Assembly: GCF_000014265.1 (NCBI RefSeq)
Contig: NC_008312.1
Span: forward strand, 4,020,001 to 4,052,000
Length of the DNA: 32,000 nucleotides
Source: Trichodesmium erythraeum IMS101
Lineage (GTDB): Bacteria; Cyanobacteriota; Cyanobacteriia; Cyanobacteriales; Microcoleaceae
Direction: 5' to 3'
Each line of letters begins with the position of its first letter. Position 1 is the first letter of the stretch. Under the pieces are notes generated by a model. It had not been told where the DNA came from. It was given only the letters and a program-made list of their open reading frames with translations, and did not search any database. A program made the position numbers and the translations under genes. Below are positions 26,590-32,000 of the stretch, one piece after another.

Positions 26590-29500
26590 TATTTCAGTTA
26601 TTTCTGATTTTTTGACGGAAAATTCTCAGATAAAAAATTAGATAAAAAATTAGGCAAAAAATTAGATAAAAAATCAAAAGTACTCAGACAGATATTTCGG
26701 TTCAAATATTTTTTTGTGTTTGAGCGATCGCTAATTTTAGCTATTAGCTAAGAGCTGGAAAAATTGAGGAAAAAATTTATCTCAAATATATTAATAAGTC
26801 ATTTCTCAGGCATCAGCTTTTTGACGGAAAATTCTCAGACAAAAAATTAGATAAAAAATTAGACAAAAAAATAAAAAGTACTCAGCCAGATATTACAGAA
26901 AATTCTCAGATGAAAAATTAGGCAAAAAATTAGATAAAAAATTAGACAAAAAAATAAAAAGTACTCAGACAGATATTTCGGTTCAAATATTTTTTTGTGT
27001 TTGAGCGATCGCTAATTTTAGCCATCAGCTAAGAGCTGGAAAAATTGAGGAAAAAATTTATCTCAAATAATAAAGTCATTTCTCAGCCGTCAGCTTTTTG
27101 ACGGAAAATTATCAGATGAAAAATTAGGCAAAAAATTAGATAAAAAATTAGACAAAAAAATCAAAAGTACTCAGCCAGATATTACGGAAAATTCTCAGAT
27201 GAAAAATTAGATAAAAAATTAGGCAAAAAACCAGAAGTACTCAGACAGATATTTCGGTTCAAATATTTTTTTGTGTTTGAGCGATCGCTAATTTTAGCCA
27301 TCAGCTAAGAGCTGGAAAAATTGAGGAAAAAATTTATCTCAAATATATTAATAAGTCATTTCTCAGGCATCAGCTTTTTGACCGAAAATTCTCAGATGAA
27401 AAATTAGGCAAAAAATTAGAAGTACTCAGCCAGATATTACGGAAAATTCTCAGATAAAAAATTAGGCAAAAAATTAGACAAAAAAATCAAAAGTACTCAG
27501 CCAGATATTTCCGTTCAAATATTTTTTCGTGTTTGAGCGATCGCTAATTTTAGCCATCAGCTAAGAGCTGGAAAAATTGAGGAAAAAATTTATCTCAAAT
27601 AATAAAGTCATTTCTCAGCCGTCAGCTTTTTGACCGAAAATTCTCAGATGAAAAATTAGGCAAAAAACCAGAAGTACTCAGACAGATATTACGGAAAATT
27701 CTCAGATGAAAAATTAGATAAAAAATTAGGCAAAAAACCAGAAATACTCAGACAGATATTTCCGTTCAAATATTTTTTTGTGTTTGAGCGATCGCTAATT
27801 TTAGCCATCAGCTAAGAGCTGGAAAAATTGAGGAAAAAATTTATCTCAAATAATAAAGTCGTTTCTCAAGCATCAGCTTTTTGACGGAAAATTCTCAGAT
27901 GAAAAATTAGGCAAAAAATTAGATAAAAAATTAGGCAAAAAACCAGAAGTACTCAGCCAGATATTACGGAAAATTCTCAGATGAAAAATTAGATAAAAAA
28001 TTAGGCAAAAAATCAGAAATACTCAGACAGATATTTCCGTTCAAATGTTTTTTTCGTGTTTGAGCGATCGCTAAATTTAGCCATTAGCTAAGAGCTGGAA
28101 AAATTGAGGAAAAAATTTATCTCAAATATATTAATAAGTCATTTCTCAGCCGCCAGCTTTTTGACGGAAAATTATCAGATAAAAAATTAGGCAAAAAATT
28201 AGATAAAAAATTAGACAAAAAAATCAAAAGTACTCAGCCAGATATTACGGAAAATTCTCAGATGAAAAATTAGATAAAAAATTAGGCAAAAAACCAGAAG
28301 TACTCAGACAGATATTTCGGTTCAAATATTTTTTCGTGTTTGAGCGATCGCTAATTTTAGCCATCAGCTAAGAGCTGGAAAAATTGAGGAAAAAATTTAT
28401 CTCAAATAATAAAGTTGTTTCTCAAGCATCAGCTTTTTGACCGAAAATTCTCAGATGAAAAATTAGATGAAAAATTAGATGAAAAATTAGATGAAAAATT
28501 AGACAAAAAAATAAAAAGTACTCAGCCAGATATTACGGAAAATTCTCAGATGAAAAATTAGATAAAAATTAGGCAAAAAATCAGAAATACTCAGACAGAT
28601 ATTTCCGTTCAAATATTTTTTCGTGTTTGAGCGATCGCTAATTTTAGCCATTAGCTAAGAGCTGGAAAAATTGAGGAAAAAATTTATCTCAAATAATAAA
28701 GCCATTTCTCAGGCATCAGCTTTTTGACCGAAAATTATCAGATGAAAAATTAGGCAAAAAATTAGATAAAAAATTAGGCAAAAAACCAGAAGTACTCAGC
28801 CAGATATTACGGAAAATTCTCAGATGAAAAATTAGATAAAAAATTAGATAAAAATTAGAAGTACTCAGACAGATATTTCGGTTCAAATATTTTTTTGTGT
28901 TTGAGCGATCGCTAATTTTAGCCATTAGCTAAGAGCTGGAAAAATTGAGGAAAAAATTTATCTCAAATAATAAAGCCATTTCTCAGGCATCAGCTTTTTG
29001 ACCGAAAATTATCAGATGAAAAATTAGGCAAAAAATTAGATAAAAAATTAGGCAAAAAACCAGAAGTACTCAGCCAGATATTACGGAAAATTCTCAGATG
29101 AAAAATTAGATAAAAAATTAGATAAAAATTAGAAGTACTCAGACAGATATTTCGGTTCAAATATTTTTTTGTGTTTGAGCGATCGCTAATTTTAGCCATC
29201 AGCTAAGAGCTGGAAAAATTGAGGAAAAAATTTATCTCAAATAATAAAGTTGTTTCTCAAGCATCAGCTTTTTGACCGAAAATTCTCAGATGAAAAATTA
29301 GATGAAAAATTAGATGAAAAATTAGATGAAAAATTAGACAAAAAAATAAAAAGTACTCAGCCAGATATTACGGAAAATTCTCAGATGAAAAATTAGATAA
29401 AAATTAGGCAAAAAATCAGAAATACTCAGACAGATATTTCCGTTCAAATATTTTTTCGTGTTTGAGCGATCGCTAATTTTAGCTATTAGCTAAGAGCTGG

Positions 29501-32000
29501 AAAAATTGAGGAAAAAATTTATCTCAAATATATTAATAAGTCATTTCTCAGGCATCAGCTTTTTGACGGAAAATTCTCAGACAAAAAATTAGATAAAAAA
29601 TTAGACAAAAAAATAAAAAGTACTCAGCCAGATATTACAGAAAATTCTCAGATGAAAAATTAGGCAAAAAATTAGATAAAAAATTAGACAAAAAAATAAA
29701 AAGTACTCAGACAGATATTTCGGTTCAAATATTTTTTTGTGTTTGAGCGATCGCTAATTTTAGCCATCAGCTAAGAGCTGGAAAAATTGAGGAAAAAATT
29801 TATCTCAAATAATAAAGTCATTTCTCAGCCGTCAGCTTTTTGACGGAAAATTATCAGATGAAAAATTAGGCAAAAAATTAGATAAAAAATTAGACAAAAA
29901 AATCAAAAGTACTCAGCCAGATATTACGGAAAATTCTCAGATGAAAAATTAGATAAAAAATTAGGCAAAAAACCAGAAGTACTCAGACAGATATTTCGGT
30001 TCAAATATTTTTTTGTGTTTGAGCGATCGCTAAATTTAGCCATCAGCCAGGAGCTGGAAAAATTGAGGAAAAAATTTATCTCAAATAATAAAGTCGTTTC
30101 TCAGCCGTCAGCTTTTTGACCGAAAATTATCAGATGAAAAATTAGGCAAAAAATTAGATAAAAAATTAGACAAAAAATTAGAAGTACTCAGCCAGATATT
30201 ACGGAAAATTCTCAGATGAAAAATTAGATAAAAAATTAGGCAAAAAATCAGAAATACTCAGACAGATATTTCGGTTCAAATATTTTTTTGTGTTTGAGCG
30301 ATCGCTAATTTTAGCCATCAGCTAAGAGCTGGAAAAATTGAGGAAAAAATTTATCTCAAATAATAAAGTTGTTTCTCAAGCATCAGCTTTTTGACCGAAA
30401 ATTCTCAGATGAAAAATTAGATGAAAAATTAGATGAAAAATTAGATGAAAAATTAGACAAAAAAATAAAAAGTACTCAGCCAGATATTACGGAAAATTCT
30501 CAGATGAAAAATTAGATAAAAATTAGGCAAAAAATCAGAAATACTCAGACAGATATTTCCGTTCAAATATTTTTTCGTGTTTGAGCGATCGCTAATTTTA
30601 GCCATTAGCTAAGAGCTGGAAAAATTGAGGAAAAAATTTATCTCAAATAATAAAGCCATTTCTCAGGCATCAGCTTTTTGACCGAAAATTATCAGATGAA
30701 AAATTAGGCAAAAAATTAGATAAAAAATTAGGCAAAAAACCAGAAGTACTCAGCCAGATATTACGGAAAATTCTCAGATGAAAAATTAGATAAAAAATTA
30801 GATAAAAATTAGAAGTACTCAGACAGATATTTCGGTTCAAATATTTTTTTGTGTTTGAGCGATCGCTAATTTTAGCCATCAGCTAAGAGCTGGAAAAATT
30901 GAGGAAAAAATTTATCTCAAATAATAAAGTTGTTTCTCAAGCATCAGCTTTTTGACCGAAAATTCTCAGATGAAAAATTAGATGAAAAATTAGATGAAAA
31001 ATTAGATGAAAAATTAGACAAAAAAATAAAAAGTACTCAGCCAGATATTACGGAAAATTCTCAGATGAAAAATTAGATAAAAATTAGGCAAAAAATCAGA
31101 AATACTCAGACAGATATTTCCGTTCAAATATTTTTTCGTGTTTGAGCGATCGCTAATTTTAGCCATTAGCTAAGAGCTGGAAAAATTGAGGAAAAAATTT
31201 ATCTCAAATAATAAAGCCATTTCTCAGGCATCAGCTTTTTGACCGAAAATTATCAGATGAAAAATTAGGCAAAAAATTAGATAAAAAATTAGGCAAAAAA
31301 CCAGAAGTACTCAGCCAGATATTACGGAAAATTCTCAGATGAAAAATTAGATAAAAAATTAGATAAAAATTAGAAGTACTCAGACAGATATTTCGGTTCA
31401 AATATTTTTTTGTGTTTGAGCGATCGCTAATTTTAGCCATCAGCCAGGAGCTGGAAAAATTAAGGAAAAAATTTATCTCAAATAATAAAGCCATTTCTCA
31501 GGCATCAGCTTTTTGACCGAAAATTATCAGATGAAAAATTAGGCAAAAAATTAGAAGTACTCAGCCAGATATTACGGAAAATTCTCAGATGAAAAATTAG
31601 ATAAAAAATTAGATAAAAATTAGAAGTACTCAGACAGATATTTCCGTTCAAATATTTTTTTGTGTTTGAGCGATCGCTAAATTTAGCCATTAGCTAAGAG
31701 CTGGAAAAATTGAGGAAAAAATTTATCTCAAATATATTAATAAGTCATTTCTCAGCCGCCAGCTTTTTGACCGAAAATTCTCAGATGAAAAATTAGGCAA
31801 AAAATTAGATAAAAAATTAGGCAAAAAACCAGAAGTACTCAGCCAGATATTACGGAAAATTCTCAGATGAAAAATTAGATAAAAATTAGAAGTACTCAGA
31901 CAGATATTTCGGTTCAAATATTTTTTTGTGTTTGAGCGATCGCTAATTTTAGCCATCAGCTAAGAGCTGGAAAAATTGAGGAAAAAATTTATCTCAAATA
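26590..32000. repeat. open-ended nested tandem array: about 20 units of 250-287 bp, each with one HIP1 palindrome, two ~100-nt sub-repeats and 11-12 nt A-tract micro-repeats
   Basis: HIP1 GCGATCGC at 26724, 27005, 27281, 27537, 27788, 28064, 28344, 28631, 28905, 29179, 29466, 29747, 30023, 30298, 30585, 30859, 31146, 31420, 31670 and 31936. The unit consensus is readable directly. The array runs to the window edge. Confidence 0.95.

Noticed and set aside
26764-26792. Per-unit plus-strand promoter TTGAGG-N17-TATATT in the large array, considered as an annotated feature
   Set aside because: Only a minority of units have TATATT. Most read TAATAA, and the -35 is weak. It is kept as a hypothesis inside a finding rather than as a feature.
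28716-31956. Repeated 61-87 aa minus-strand ORFs (MAKISDRSNTKKYLNRNICLSTSNF...) at 28716, 28990, 30670, 31231, 31505 and 31723
   Set aside because: Only about 6 of 20 units keep the frame open, because the 11-12 nt micro-repeat copy number shifts the frame in the others. The product is low-complexity (NFLPNFLSNF) and simply mirrors the A-tract repeats. I see no convincing ribosome-binding site. Most likely these are non-coding.
26590-32000. CRISPR array interpretation of the large tandem array (and of the 17815-19650 array)
   Set aside because: The units are 250-313 bp and homologous along their whole length. There are no short constant repeats separated by unique spacers, and no cas genes lie in the window.

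Overview
AT-rich window (about one-third G+C by eye) with at least 33 copies of the cyanobacterial HIP1 octamer GCGATCGC and a heptameric STRR-like microsatellite. It is almost certainly a chromosome segment of a filamentous cyanobacterium with low coding density (Trichodesmium-like, which I cannot verify without a search). Positions 1-17.7 kb are mostly ordinary genes: a Mo-pterin oxidoreductase, an LCP envelope protein, rpe, a DsbA-like lipoprotein, a HAD hydrolase and a NurA-like nuclease. This half also holds a Ser/Thr phospho-signalling cluster: an RDD-PDZ protein, a kinase-RDD fusion, an FHA-zinc-ribbon protein and an FHA-flavoprotein fusion. Positions 17.8-32 kb are repeat-dominated. 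(i) A 1.8 kb tandem array of ~300 bp units, each with a promoter-like module homologous to the upstream regions of the genes in (ii). (ii) Three tandem paralogous genes for membrane-anchored trypsin-like protease / charged-repeat / GUN4-domain proteins; the first copy is catalytically dead and lacks GUN4. (iii) A (CCAAAAA)21 microsatellite next to a G-quadruplex motif. (iv) A lone IS200/RAYT-type Y1 transposase gene. (v) An open-ended >5.4 kb three-level nested tandem array of about 20 units of 250-287 bp. Each unit has one HIP1 palindrome and is built from phased 11-12 nt A-tract motifs, and its base-identical mosaic blocks break at the HIP1 sites. A second recurring theme is head-to-tail amplification of gene 5' modules: about 3.5 decayed FHA-module copies lie upstream of the FHA-flavoprotein gene, and 5 promoter-module copies lie upstream of the protease genes. 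The best candidates for something undescribed are the promoter-bearing repeat arrays (possibly tandem ncRNA loci) and the RAYT plus HIP1-punctuated array. All functional readings of the arrays are inference.
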